Shown: positions 10,143-20,355 of the stretch, one piece after another
How positions within the stretch are numbered: the first letter of the stretch is position 1
How the letters are laid out: each line of letters starts with the position of its first letter
Source of the DNA: Dehalococcoidia bacterium
GTDB taxonomy: Bacteria > Chloroflexota > Dehalococcoidia > Lucifugimonadales > JAGWBF01
Reading direction: 5' to 3'
Assembly (NCBI GenBank): GCA_965226865.1
Contig: CBDDEH010000004.1
Location: 1,704,586 to 1,768,585, forward strand
DNA length: 64,000 nucleotides
Notes under the pieces: model-generated
Told to the model about the DNA's origin: nothing
Database searches by the model: none
The model's input: the letters and a program-made list of their open reading frames with translations, nothing else
Position numbers and translations under genes: made by a program

Positions 10143-11099
10143 TCAAAGCAGCGGTTGGAGTGCCTGCTCCAACTCCTCCAGTGTGGCGTAGGCCTCGAAT
10201 CTGGCAGCCACCTTGCCTTCCCTGTCGATCACAAAAGACCATTCGGTGCTGGGTAACATCCATTCCGTGACAGCGGGCGACAGGCGGGCTATGCTCAGGT
10301 CTCCCTGTATCTCATGAGGGTTATCGTAAAAATCGACGTGTACGAAGTTGGCCTGCCCTTTATACTCCTCTTTCAACTCATGCAGCGTTTTGACTTGGGG
10401 GCCGCAAACCGCGTTGGTGCAGAAAGCCGGGCTCGCTATGACCAGCACAGAGGGCAGACCATTTTCCACTGCCTTTTCGATCGTCAGTTGGTATAGTTCT
10501 GGGTCGTGAAGAGATCCGGTTGTCAACTCGTCGATGCTATCCACATCGTTGATGGTCTTACTCTTACTCTTTATGGCCGGTGAGCCTACGGCAGGGGCCG
10601 AAGTGGCCTGCCTTACCTCAAATCGAAGTTGTGCTGTGCTGTCAGACCCATCTTCATCAGAGATGCTTACTTCGATTCCCCAGTTCCCCGGCCTGTCGAA
10701 GTTCAGGCGAGTTGTGTAAAGGCCACGCGTTCCGTAGGGCCACGGACGGAAGGTTGCTGAGGCCGTCTGTCTGACCTCTCCTGCGGAGTCTCCGTCCGCG
10801 AAGTACAAAGAGGAAACCATCGCTTCAGGTGCACGTATCAAGGCATCCGGAGACGTCAGCACGAAGCCAAAGCGGTTCTCTCCGACGCTTACATCTGGGG
10901 TTCCAAATATGATCTGCAGCCCATCGGCCGAAAGAGGGCCGGTTAACAAATCCACCTCGTCCGGCCTCAGTTCACCAGGCGAGGTAGATGCCCCGCTATC
11001 TTGGGGGGTCGCCGTTGCTCGCTTGTCATCGCCTGAACAGGCCGCCGCCACAGCTAATATGGCGATCAAAATCAAAGCGAGATATCTGCCTGGAAACAT
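10143..11099 (-). CDS. lipoprotein with C-terminal thioredoxin-like fold
   Basis: Signal peptide with lipobox (LAVAAAC). The C-terminal segment (VLVIASPAFCTNAVCGP ... FVIDREGKV) resembles a thioredoxin-fold domain. Confidence 0.55.
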   Translation of the reverse strand: MFPGRYLALILIAILAVAAACSGDDKRATATPQDSGASTSPGELRPDEVDLLTGPLSADGLQIIFGTPDVSVGENRFGFVLTSPDALIRAPEAMVSSLYFADGDSAGEVRQTASATFRPWPYGTRGLYTTRLNFDRPGNWGIEVSISDEDGSDSTAQLRFEVRQATSAPAVGSPAIKSKSKTINDVDSIDELTTGSLHDPELYQLTIEKAVENGLPSVLVIASPAFCTNAVCGPQVKTLHELKEEYKGQANFVHVDFYDNPHEIQGDLSIARLSPAVTEWMLPSTEWSFVIDREGKVAARFEAYATLEELEQALQPLL

Positions 11100-11114
11100 A
11101 GCCGACCTAACTGG

Positions 11115-12374
11115 TCAAATGCCACTTTCGTAAAAGCCGAAGGTGAAGGCGAATATCGCGAAGTTTGGCGAGTTGGAGCTGAACTTCAGCTCGTGGGTGT
11201 CGAATTTTGGACCCTGAACGATGGAGTACAACCGGGGCTCCTCTACGTAGACGAAGCTCCGTCCATCTTCTTCGATTACCACGTCTTCGCCTTTGTAGGT
11301 CTCATCAAGGAAGTCGCCGTCCAGGGTAACCAACACTTTGAACGGCTCTGCGTTTTCTTCAGGACTGATGACAAGGTTGACGCTCTTTGCATTGTATTTA
11401 AGGTAGATGTAGTCTTCGTAGTCGGAGGTTTCTCTGGCGTGTTTCAGGCTCTCCGGACCGTTGTGCCAGGCACCCTGGAGGTATATCAGGTTATCCGCGT
11501 GTTCGTCCAGGTCCTCGTAAAAGAGAGGCGTGCCAAAGTCCTGATAATACGCCCGGTTTCCTATATATCCGCCGGATCCGAAGAGGATGTCGTTATAGTT
11601 CCTCTCGTGCCCGGCGTATAGCTCCCGAGTTGGGCTGGAAGATGGGTTCTGCTGATAGGTTGGGTCCAACGCCTGGTCTTCGGGCAATACGTTGTCAAAC
11701 TCCAGATTGGCTCCAGCTTCCTCCAGCAACTTGCGGATTTCCTCCTCGGTTTCCGCGTACGCCCCTTCGCCAAAATGGGTGTAGCGTATGACTCCATCCC
11801 GGTCTATGAGGTATTTGGCGGGCCAGAATCTGTTTTTGTAGGCCCTCCAGGTCGTATAGTCGTTGTCCAAAGCCACTGGCCAACCGATACCGTTTTCCTC
11901 GACGGCCTGTTGGACGTTCTCCAGCTTCCTCTCGAATTCGAACTCTGGAGCGTGGACACCCAGGATCACTAACCCGTCGTCGGCGTACTTGGCATGCCAA
12001 GTCTTGAGGAAGGGGAAGGTGCGTATGCAGTTGACGCACGTATAGGTCCAGAAGTCCACCAGCACAACCTTACCCTTCAGTTCGGAAATCATGAGCGGCT
12101 GGGAGTTGATCCACGCGTGTATTCCCTCCACCTCCGGAGCTGTGGGGCCACTTGCAACCTCTCGGGTAGAAGTGGGGTCTGGGGACGGTTCAGATGGCTC
12201 CTGAGTCGATGTGAGAGTGGCGGTTTCTTCAGTCACATCCTGGCCCGCCGAACCAGGCGCTTCCGTCCTTACGACATCAGCGGTTTCGGCAGTTTCATCC
12301 GCAGTTCCGCAGGCTCCGACGACTAAGAAGACTGCTATCAATAGCAGAGCAAGAACGCTGATACGCTTCATCAC
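11115..12374 (-). CDS. thioredoxin-like (TlpA / DipZ C-terminal type) lipoprotein
   Basis: Lipobox (LVVGAC). Redoxin motif VVLVDFWTYTCVNCIRT with a CxxC pair, followed by a DipZ-like C-terminal domain. Confidence 0.7.
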   Translation of the reverse strand: MMKRISVLALLLIAVFLVVGACGTADETAETADVVRTEAPGSAGQDVTEETATLTSTQEPSEPSPDPTSTREVASGPTAPEVEGIHAWINSQPLMISELKGKVVLVDFWTYTCVNCIRTFPFLKTWHAKYADDGLVILGVHAPEFEFERKLENVQQAVEENGIGWPVALDNDYTTWRAYKNRFWPAKYLIDRDGVIRYTHFGEGAYAETEEEIRKLLEEAGANLEFDNVLPEDQALDPTYQQNPSSSPTRELYAGHERNYNDILFGSGGYIGNRAYYQDFGTPLFYEDLDEHADNLIYLQGAWHNGPESLKHARETSDYEDYIYLKYNAKSVNLVISPEENAEPFKVLVTLDGDFLDETYKGEDVVIEEDGRSFVYVEEPRLYSIVQGPKFDTHELKFSSNSPNFAIFAFTFGFYESGI

Positions 12375-12520
12375 AGTAATTCTACGGTGGAACTTCCCAG
12401 AAGGATTGCTATAGTTGTCAGCTTATCACACACTTATGGGGGAAGAACGCGGCTAGGAGCTGTCCGGGTTCCCTCATGGTTGCTGGAGGCGGGTTATGAG
12501 TTTATATTATAAAACAACCC

Positions 12521-13021
12521 ATGAGTAAGCTGTACTATCATGTTCTACCTACCGACCTGGGCTGGGTTGGCATCCTGGCTTCCTCCAAAGGCCTGCGCAA
12601 GATCGTGCTGAAGCGGTCGCCTGAAGAGGCCCTGGACGGGCTGGGGCTGGGGAGCTCGGAAGTGGATGAGGCCCAGAACGGATTAGGTGAAATAGGCGAG
12701 TTGCTGAAGGCCTACTTCAGAGGAGAGCCTGTCAGCCTTGAGAGCATATCTGTGGACCTGGACGGCGCACCACCCTTCTTCAGGACAGCCTGGGAAGCGT
12801 GCAGGGCCATACCACGCGGCGAGACCCGTAGCTATGGATGGCTAGCTGCGGCAGCGGGTAGTCCCAGAGCTGTGAGAGCGGCAGGTCAAGCTATGGCCCA
12901 TAACCCGTTGGCTTTCGTGGTTCCTTGTCATAGAGTGGTGGCCAGCGATGGTAGCCTCCACGGCTACGGTGGCGGTTTGGACCAAAAGGCCGGGCTGTTA
13001 GAACTGGAACGTCACGTCTAG
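12521..13021 (+). CDS. ogt: methylated-DNA-protein-cysteine methyltransferase
   Basis: 166 aa ORF with the active-site PCHRVV and the preceding RAVRAAGQAMAHNP helix. Confidence 0.85.
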   Translation: MSKLYYHVLPTDLGWVGILASSKGLRKIVLKRSPEEALDGLGLGSSEVDEAQNGLGEIGELLKAYFRGEPVSLESISVDLDGAPPFFRTAWEACRAIPRGETRSYGWLAAAAGSPRAVRAAGQAMAHNPLAFVVPCHRVVASDGSLHGYGGGLDQKAGLLELERHV

Positions 13022-13046
13022 AAGCAAGCTGTCCGAAATCGCCTGC

Positions 13047-16000
13047 TTATTGACTTTCCATCACACGAGATTCTTCCAACCGTACTGAGTCTTCCCCAAG
13101 AAGTGTCGTAAGTCGATGATGCAGCTCCGTACAATAGCCGGTCGTTATCTTGGGCATCTCCAATGACACCCTCTTGGTTTTAGTGCTTACTTCGACGTTG
13201 ACCCGATATGCTCCTGCATACTCCAGAAGGATTTGTATTGCATTCTTCAGAAGGTAGGCATCCTCCGTCGCATCCTCGGATTCAACCAGCTTTATACAAA
13301 CGCCTCCAGGGGTTTCATGCCCATTGGTGGAGCCGTTGGTATAGGCCGTCTTCCCACCCGGTCCATTGGGTTTAGAGGTGTCCCTTTGATGCCCAACAGT
13401 TTGCTCGTGAACCTGGACGTGGTCGCAATGCACGGACACTTCATCTCCTCGAGCCTTCACCTTCCCCCACACCTTGAGAAGGTTGCCCTCATGCCATTGG
13501 TCCCGAGTCTTTTCCAGTGTGTCTGACCACGAGACGACTTCGATGTTCCCTCCCAGTAATGACAAGGTTGCTATAAGGTATGGCCGGTTATTTCGGGTCA
13601 TTCGCTCTGAAAAAGACACGACTTGGCCCAGAAGGCTGACTTTCTGACCCTCCATGTCGACATCGATCTGGTCCCTCGACGTCAAAGCGCCGTTGGAGTT
13701 GACCGAAGCAACGGACTTAAGAGGATTGTGCGAAAGGGATACGCCCAACAGTTCCATTTCCCAGGCCACCTTCTCCTTGGGGGAAACGTCTGTGTTGTTA
13801 AGATGGATGCCGCCTCCATTACTAGCTTTTTGGTCGCTAGGCATCATGTCGAACATACTGGACTGGCCCGACTCTTTGCGTCTGGCCTCCCTCTGAGCGA
13901 TGGCAAGGATCTGGTCAGCCGCCTCCAAGAGGCCGCCTCTTTTGCCCAATCCGTCGAAGGCGCCGACCTTTATTAGGCTCTCCAGCACCCGCCGGTTTAG
14001 TCCGCGCAAATCCACACGGCTGCATAAGTCCTCGATACTCTTGAAGAGTCCATTGGCGTCTCGCTCTTCTATCACCGGCCGTAAAGCGCCCTCACCCACG
14101 TTCTTGATCGCGGCGAGGCCGAATCTAAGCCCAAGCTTGCCTGAGGCGTCCTTGTCGATGGAGAAGAGAACCCCACTGCGGTTTATGTCGGGCGGAAGCA
14201 CTGGTATTCCAATACGGAAACATTCGTTGATTGAGCTTGCCATTTTTTCAGTGTTGTCAAATCGTGAGTTGAGCGCCGAGGCCATGTATTCATGAGGATA
14301 GTTGGCTTTGAAGTAGGCTGTCCAATAAGAGATCAGCGCATAGCTCACGCTGTGGGCCTTGTTGAACGCGTAGCCGGCGAAGGGCTCTATCAAGTTGAAG
14401 ACTTCCTGCGCCAACTCTTTGGTGAATCCCTTGCCCACGGCGCCTTCTATAAACCGCTCTCGCTCTTTGCGCATCAGCGCGGGGATCTTCTTCCCCATAG
14501 CCTTTCTGACAATGTCAGCTTGGCCCAGAGAGTATCCGGCGAAGGTCTGGAGGATGAATAGCACCTGGTCCTGGTAGACGATGACCCCATGTGTCTCCTC
14601 CAGGATCTCCTCAAGGCTATGGTGCGGGTATTTGATGGGGGCACGGCCGTGCTTGGCTTCGATGAAGGTGGTTATATGTTCCATCGGCCCGGGCCGGTAC
14701 AGGGCGATCATCGCCGCGATGTCCCCCAGCGACGAGGGCTTCAGCTCCTTGACGTATCGCTGCATACCGGCGCTTTCAAGCTGGAAAATGTCGTTGGTTT
14801 CTCCCGACGACAAGGACTCGAAGGTCTTCTGATCGTCTAGTGGCAGTTTGTGGAGGTCTATCTTGAGTCCCCGCCTCTGCTCGACCATCTTTATGGCCCT
14901 GTCCAGAATAGTCAGATTGGTCAGACCCAAGAAATCCATTTTTAGGAGACCGAGTTTGGCCACGTGGTCCATGGCGTACTGGGTCATGGCCAGATCACTG
15001 TCCTCGTCTCCCCTGGTCGGCCTCTGGAGAGGTACGTACTCTGTGAGGGGTTCGCTGGCGATAACGACTCCGGCAGCATGGGTGCTAACGTGGTGGACTG
15101 TGCCTTCCAGTGCCTTCGCCGTGTCCACCAGGGTTTTTATTGCCTCATCCGACTCGTAAATAGAGCTTAGTTCCGTGCTGGCGGAGAGGGCGTCATTGAG
15201 TGTTCGTGCCTTGAAGGGCACCAGCCGGGCGACCCGGTCGACGTCCCCGTAGCTCATACCTAGAGTACGTCCCACGTCCCTCAGGGACGCCTTGGCGCCC
15301 AGCGTCCCGAAAGTAATGATCTGGGCAACCTTGTCTTTCCCATACGTCTTTGTTACGTAGTCGAGAACTTCTTCCCGCCGGTCGTCCTGGAAGTCCATGT
15401 CGATGTCCGGCATCTCCCTGCGCTCCAGATTCAAAAAACGCTCGAAGACCAACGAATACTCGAGGGGGTCTACCTGGGTCACGTCCAAACAATAGAGCAC
15501 CAGACTCGCCGCTGCGCTGCCCCTGACGCCGAACAGGATGTTGTTCTTGTGGACGAAAGAGGTGATGTCCCAGACCACGAGGAAATAGTTGGCGAACTGG
15601 GTCTGCTTGATTACCTCCAGTTCGTATGTGAGGCGGTCCTTGGCCTCCTGGGTAGACTTGCGGTATTTGGCGTTGAGCCCCTCCCAGCACAGCTTAGACA
15701 GATATTCGTCGGGTTCGAGTTTATCCGGAACCGGAAACCGGGGCAGGCGGAGCTCACCCGTAGCCAGTTTGACGTCGCACATCTCGGCGATCCGTTGAGT
15801 GTTATGGACAGCGACCGGGTGTTCACTGAAAATCTCCTCCATCTCCTCGTTGCTCTTGAGATAGTAGGAGTCATCCTCCATCTTGAGACGTTTCTCGTCG
15901 TAGATAGTCGTATTCGTGTGGATGCATATCAGGACGTCCTGAAGCTCGGAGTCTTCTTTGTGGACATAGTGGCAATCATTGGTGGCTACAAGGGGAATAT

Positions 16001-16586
16001 CCATCTCACCGCTGAAGTCTATTAAGGCTTTGTTGATAGCGGGAAGCTGCTCCACGTGAGCGTGTTGCTGCAGTTCCAGAAAGAAGGAGTCTTCTCCTAG
16101 TAGTTCCTTATACCAGGTGGCCGCCTCTTTGGCGTCTTGCATGCGGTTCTCAGTGATAAACCGCGGTATTTCCGCGGTTGGACAGCCGGAGAGGACTATG
16201 AGCCCATCGTGGTATTGCTCTAGCAACTCCTTGTCGATTCTGGGTCGGTAATAGTACCCTTCCATATGGGCTTGGGTGATCAGCTTGATCAGGTTGTGAT
16301 AGCCCTGATTGTTCTTCGCTAGGACTGTAAGGTGGTAGGGACTTCTGCTTGCGGCCCCTCTATCGTGGCGGCTCCCCTGGGCTACGTACACCTCGCATCC
16401 GATAATGGGCTTGATCCCCGCCTCCAGGCACTCGGAGTAAAACTCGACGACGCCGTAGAGCGCTCCGTGGTCGGTTATCGCGAGAGATTCCATCCCGAGC
16501 TCTTTGGCGTGGGCCACCAGCTTAGGAATGCGGCTGACACCGTCTAGAAGGCTATATTCCGTGTGTACGTGGAGATGGGTAAACAT
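13047..16586 (-). CDS. dnaE: DNA polymerase III alpha subunit
   Basis: 1179 aa ORF with a PHP domain start (FTHLHVHTEYSLLDG) and polymerase core motifs throughout. Confidence 0.97.
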   Translation of the reverse strand: MFTHLHVHTEYSLLDGVSRIPKLVAHAKELGMESLAITDHGALYGVVEFYSECLEAGIKPIIGCEVYVAQGSRHDRGAASRSPYHLTVLAKNNQGYHNLIKLITQAHMEGYYYRPRIDKELLEQYHDGLIVLSGCPTAEIPRFITENRMQDAKEAATWYKELLGEDSFFLELQQHAHVEQLPAINKALIDFSGEMDIPLVATNDCHYVHKEDSELQDVLICIHTNTTIYDEKRLKMEDDSYYLKSNEEMEEIFSEHPVAVHNTQRIAEMCDVKLATGELRLPRFPVPDKLEPDEYLSKLCWEGLNAKYRKSTQEAKDRLTYELEVIKQTQFANYFLVVWDITSFVHKNNILFGVRGSAAASLVLYCLDVTQVDPLEYSLVFERFLNLERREMPDIDMDFQDDRREEVLDYVTKTYGKDKVAQIITFGTLGAKASLRDVGRTLGMSYGDVDRVARLVPFKARTLNDALSASTELSSIYESDEAIKTLVDTAKALEGTVHHVSTHAAGVVIASEPLTEYVPLQRPTRGDEDSDLAMTQYAMDHVAKLGLLKMDFLGLTNLTILDRAIKMVEQRRGLKIDLHKLPLDDQKTFESLSSGETNDIFQLESAGMQRYVKELKPSSLGDIAAMIALYRPGPMEHITTFIEAKHGRAPIKYPHHSLEEILEETHGVIVYQDQVLFILQTFAGYSLGQADIVRKAMGKKIPALMRKERERFIEGAVGKGFTKELAQEVFNLIEPFAGYAFNKAHSVSYALISYWTAYFKANYPHEYMASALNSRFDNTEKMASSINECFRIGIPVLPPDINRSGVLFSIDKDASGKLGLRFGLAAIKNVGEGALRPVIEERDANGLFKSIEDLCSRVDLRGLNRRVLESLIKVGAFDGLGKRGGLLEAADQILAIAQREARRKESGQSSMFDMMPSDQKASNGGGIHLNNTDVSPKEKVAWEMELLGVSLSHNPLKSVASVNSNGALTSRDQIDVDMEGQKVSLLGQVVSFSERMTRNNRPYLIATLSLLGGNIEVVSWSDTLEKTRDQWHEGNLLKVWGKVKARGDEVSVHCDHVQVHEQTVGHQRDTSKPNGPGGKTAYTNGSTNGHETPGGVCIKLVESEDATEDAYLLKNAIQILLEYAGAYRVNVEVSTKTKRVSLEMPKITTGYCTELHHRLTTLLGEDSVRLEESRVMESQ

Positions 16587-16692
16587 GATGGGTGGAGGAT
16601 AGGATACACCAGGCTAGATGTGGCCGGTCAAGGGAAAAACTGAGGAACTTTTTAACCGGTTTCCCTCCAGATGTTCCCTGCGGATTTCAGGC

Positions 16693-17466
16693 TTAGAACA
16701 GGGACTTGCTTTGGGCGCCGTCCACGTTGATACAGGCGCCCGCGATCAGGCTTGCCCGCTCCGATGCGAGAAACGCAACGATATCCCCTATGGGCTCGGG
16801 CCACCCGAATTTCCCGGAGGGAAGGTTATGGTCGATGAACTCCTTGACCACTTCCGGAGGCTGCTGTTTTGAGAACCGGTCCCAGCTCCCTCCTGGATGA
16901 ATTGTCGACCCTGGAGCGACGCTATTGATGAGAACGTTATCTTTGACCAGCTCCCGCGCTGCATACTTGGTAGCTGCGATAAGCGCCGCTTTAGCCACCA
17001 TGTAGTCAGGAGCTCCGCCATACTCCCTGCCCCATATGGACGCGATGTTAATTACGCGTCCCCACTTTCCTTCCTGCATGCCCGGCACCGCCAGCCACAT
17101 CAATCTCAGGGCCCCGAACAGGTTGATCTGAAAAGTCTCTTGGAATTGCTCTTCCGTGGTGGCCATCATCGTTTCGCCCCGGCGGCCGCCCACGTTGTTG
17201 ACCAGAATATCCACCGGCCCGAGCGCGTCTACGGTCACGTCGTATATCGTTTTGGCGGACTCGCGCTGTGATACATCGGCCACAATGCCAACTGACGAAA
17301 CGCCCACAGCCTTTATTTCCTCCACAGCTTTGTTAAGGGCTTCCTCAGTCCTGGCACATATGGCAACGTTTACTCCTTCACGAGCCAGCGCTAGGGCGGA
17401 ATACTTGCCCAGCCCTTTGCTTCCGCCGGTCACTATCGCTACCTTCCCTTTTATCCCCAGGTCCAT
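16693..17466 (-). CDS. short-chain dehydrogenase/reductase (SDR)
   Basis: TGGSKGLG cofactor motif, NNVG, and YxxxK (YMVAKAAL). 257 aa. Confidence 0.85.
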   Translation of the reverse strand: MDLGIKGKVAIVTGGSKGLGKYSALALAREGVNVAICARTEEALNKAVEEIKAVGVSSVGIVADVSQRESAKTIYDVTVDALGPVDILVNNVGGRRGETMMATTEEQFQETFQINLFGALRLMWLAVPGMQEGKWGRVINIASIWGREYGGAPDYMVAKAALIAATKYAARELVKDNVLINSVAPGSTIHPGGSWDRFSKQQPPEVVKEFIDHNLPSGKFGWPEPIGDIVAFLASERASLIAGACINVDGAQSKSLF

Positions 17467-17474
17467 GTTTTTAC

Positions 17475-20252
17475 CTACTCCAAATCGCCCCAGGAGGCGC
17501 CCATTTTTATGTCGACGTTGAGTGGCACGTCGAGGTGCAGCACGGCAGGCATTTCGTCAGTAATTATCCCCTGAAGAGATTCGATTTCCTGATTGGGCAA
17601 TTCGAACAAAAGCTCATCATGTACTTGTAAGAGCATCTTTGACTGCAGTCCTTGCTCCTCCATCCGCTGGTGCACTCGTATCATGGCCAGCTTTATTATG
17701 TCGGCCGCCGTTCCCTGGATTGGCATGTTAATCGCTATCCGTTCCGCTGCCTGCCTCACGTGCATGTTGCTAGCTTCGATATCCGGTATGTACCTGCGGC
17801 GACCAAGCAACGTCGAGACGTAGCCTAGGTCCCGGGCTTGCTTCTTTGTCGATTCGACATAGTCCCTGATGCCTGGGTAGCTGGCGAAGTAGGAGTCGAT
17901 GAACTTCTGTCCCTGGTCAGGACTGAACTCGGTCTGTTGCGCAATGCCGTATGCGGACAGGCCGTAGATGACTCCGAAGTTAAGAACCTTCGCTATGCGC
18001 CGCATGTCCGAGGTAACCTTGTCTATCGGCACCTCGTACATCAATGCTCCAGTCGTGGTGTGGATATCTTCGTCCTTTCCGAAGGCATCCACCAAAGCCT
18101 GGTCCTTGCAGATGTGGGCAAGGACTCGGAGCTCAATTTGAGAATAGTCAGCAGACATCAGGATCCAGTCAGGTGAATTTTCGGCCACGAACGCCCTCCT
18201 CACCTGCCTTCCCAGTTCTGTGCGAATGGGAATGTTCTGGAGGTTTGGGTCGCTGCTGGAGACCCTCCCCGTGGCGGACCCGGTCTGGTTATAGCTAGTA
18301 TGAATTCTGCCCGTACGAGGGTTGATCAATTCGGGCAGGCTATCTAAATAGGTTGACTTCAGCTTCGACAATTGGCGGTAGTCAAGAATTTTGCTAACGA
18401 CCGGATGATGGTCCTTGAGGAATTCCAGGGAGTTAGCGTCGGTGGAGTACCCGTTCTTGGTTCGCTTGGTCTTTGGTAGCTGTAATTCATTGAAAAGGAG
18501 GTCGCTCAGTTGCTGCGGCGAGTTGATGTTGACCGTGTGGCCTACGGAGTTATAAATCTCTAGTACCAGCTCGGTCAACTGGTCATTTAGGTTGCGGGAC
18601 ATCTCATGGAGCATTCCAGCGTCCAGAGCGATGCCATGGCGTTGCATAGTTACCAGGATAGGCAAGAGGGGTATCTCCACCTGGCTCAAGATGTGCCGGA
18701 GTTCTTGTTTGTGGAGCTCGTCTTCGAATTTCGCCCATAGCTGACCGGTGTAGTCGGCGTCGGCACAGGCGTAGTAGGTAACATCCTGGATCGAGACCTG
18801 ATCCATGGTCTTCTGCTTGCGTCCGGTGCCCAGCAGCTCCGATATGGGCGTCATCTCGACGCCCATGACGTCCAGAGCAAGGTTCTTGAGTCCCAATGCC
18901 TTCTTGCCCAGAACGTGGGCGGCAATCATCGTATCGAAGTCCACGTTCCTTGGAACGAAGTCATAGTTACCCAACACAGTGAGGTCGTAGTTGGCGTTGT
19001 GAGCGCACTTGGCGACACCGGGGTCTTCCATCACAGGCTTTATCTTTGCCAGAACCTGCTCGACAGGTACCTGCTCGCCTTCACGATGGCCTACAGGCAC
19101 GTACCAGGCTTTACCTGGAGCCGTTGCGAAACTTAAACCGACCAGATCGGCTCGCATTGGGTCTGTGTTCGTGGTCTCGGTATCGAAGGCGAATTGCCCG
19201 GCATTAGAGAGCTCCTCCAGCATCGCCTCCAGCTTGTCTTCGCGGTCAACCAACCGGTAGTCTTCGGAGCCGGACCGGGCCTTGGCCGGGGCTGGAGAAA
19301 TCCCTTCTGCGGTTTGCTGCGTTCCAACGGAGGGGTCAGGCACCCTGGGTACGACTGTATTGAATTCAAGCTCCCTGAGAAGGTCCACTACATCCTGCCT
19401 GCGGAAGTTCCAGAATTGGAAGTTCTCAACGTCCAACTCGATGGGCACATCCCTTCTGATCGTAGTAAGCTCCTTGCCCTGAAGTGCCTGCTCTTTGTGT
19501 GCGATAAGGGCTTCCTTGACCCGTTCAGGAGAGACCTTATCTATATTTTCGTAGAGCCCTTCCAGACTGCCGAATTCGAGGATAAGTTTTATCGCTGTTT
19601 TGTCGCCGATACCTGGTACGCCCGGTATGTTGTCGGAGGGGTCTCCCTTTAACGCCTTGATGTCTGGCTGCTGCACGGGGGTCAATCCTCCGTACCTGGC
19701 CAGTATCTCGTTCTCGTTGTATGTCTTTTTGTCCTGGAATCCACGATATAGGGATACGCGGACAAGGGGTGAAACGAGTTGAAAAGTGTCGGTATCACCC
19801 GTTAGTATCACGGTCTCCAGTTCCTGGCCCTCCGCGTTCCGACAGATAGTCCCGATGATGTCATCCGCCTCGTAGCCTTCCCGCTCGAATATGGGTACGT
19901 TGAAAGCTCTCATCAACTGCTTGACCCGCTCAAATTGGGAACGCAGCTCCGGAGGAGACGGGGGGCGCTGAGCCTTGTATTCGGGGAACTGGACATGGCG
20001 GAACGTCGGAGCGGGCAGATCGAAGGCGATTGCACAGTGAGAAGGGTTCCAGTCCTGGATCGCCCTCAGGAATGTATTGGTGAACCCGAAAACCGCGGTG
20101 ATGTCCTCTCCAGTGGTACCGACTGATAGGTGCTGCTGTACGCTGATGGCGTGCCATGACCTGTGCACCATGGCGTGGCCGTCTATTACCATCAACAACG
20201 GCTTCTCTCGGGCGAACAGCATAGGGATTGTTTCGTCTTTGACGCTGGTCAT
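17475..20252 (-). CDS. polA: DNA polymerase I
   Basis: 5-prime nuclease, 3-5 exonuclease and polymerase motifs A/B/C are present (DYSQIELRVLAH, RRIAKVLNFGVIYG, QVHDELLFE). The ATG at 20252 has GGAG upstream. The ORF track also allows a TTG start at 20267. Confidence 0.96.
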   Translation of the reverse strand: MTSVKDETIPMLFAREKPLLMVIDGHAMVHRSWHAISVQQHLSVGTTGEDITAVFGFTNTFLRAIQDWNPSHCAIAFDLPAPTFRHVQFPEYKAQRPPSPPELRSQFERVKQLMRAFNVPIFEREGYEADDIIGTICRNAEGQELETVILTGDTDTFQLVSPLVRVSLYRGFQDKKTYNENEILARYGGLTPVQQPDIKALKGDPSDNIPGVPGIGDKTAIKLILEFGSLEGLYENIDKVSPERVKEALIAHKEQALQGKELTTIRRDVPIELDVENFQFWNFRRQDVVDLLRELEFNTVVPRVPDPSVGTQQTAEGISPAPAKARSGSEDYRLVDREDKLEAMLEELSNAGQFAFDTETTNTDPMRADLVGLSFATAPGKAWYVPVGHREGEQVPVEQVLAKIKPVMEDPGVAKCAHNANYDLTVLGNYDFVPRNVDFDTMIAAHVLGKKALGLKNLALDVMGVEMTPISELLGTGRKQKTMDQVSIQDVTYYACADADYTGQLWAKFEDELHKQELRHILSQVEIPLLPILVTMQRHGIALDAGMLHEMSRNLNDQLTELVLEIYNSVGHTVNINSPQQLSDLLFNELQLPKTKRTKNGYSTDANSLEFLKDHHPVVSKILDYRQLSKLKSTYLDSLPELINPRTGRIHTSYNQTGSATGRVSSSDPNLQNIPIRTELGRQVRRAFVAENSPDWILMSADYSQIELRVLAHICKDQALVDAFGKDEDIHTTTGALMYEVPIDKVTSDMRRIAKVLNFGVIYGLSAYGIAQQTEFSPDQGQKFIDSYFASYPGIRDYVESTKKQARDLGYVSTLLGRRRYIPDIEASNMHVRQAAERIAINMPIQGTAADIIKLAMIRVHQRMEEQGLQSKMLLQVHDELLFELPNQEIESLQGIITDEMPAVLHLDVPLNVDIKMGASWGDLE

Positions 20253-20284
20253 TGTATGCAACTCCAAGGGGCTGCAGGGCCAAC

Positions 20285-20296
20285 TGCATTATACAA
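20285..20296 (-). promoter_or_regulatory. candidate -10 element TGTATAATGCAG upstream of polA
   Basis: The minus strand reads tgTATAATgcag about 35 nt upstream of the polA ATG. The same 12-mer occurs upstream of the PrpD-family gene. Confidence 0.35.
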
Positions 20297-20355
20297 TGGT
20301 AGCCGACGGGAGGCTGACGCCTCATGGCGAGCCCGACTAATCCTGAGCTCAGATA

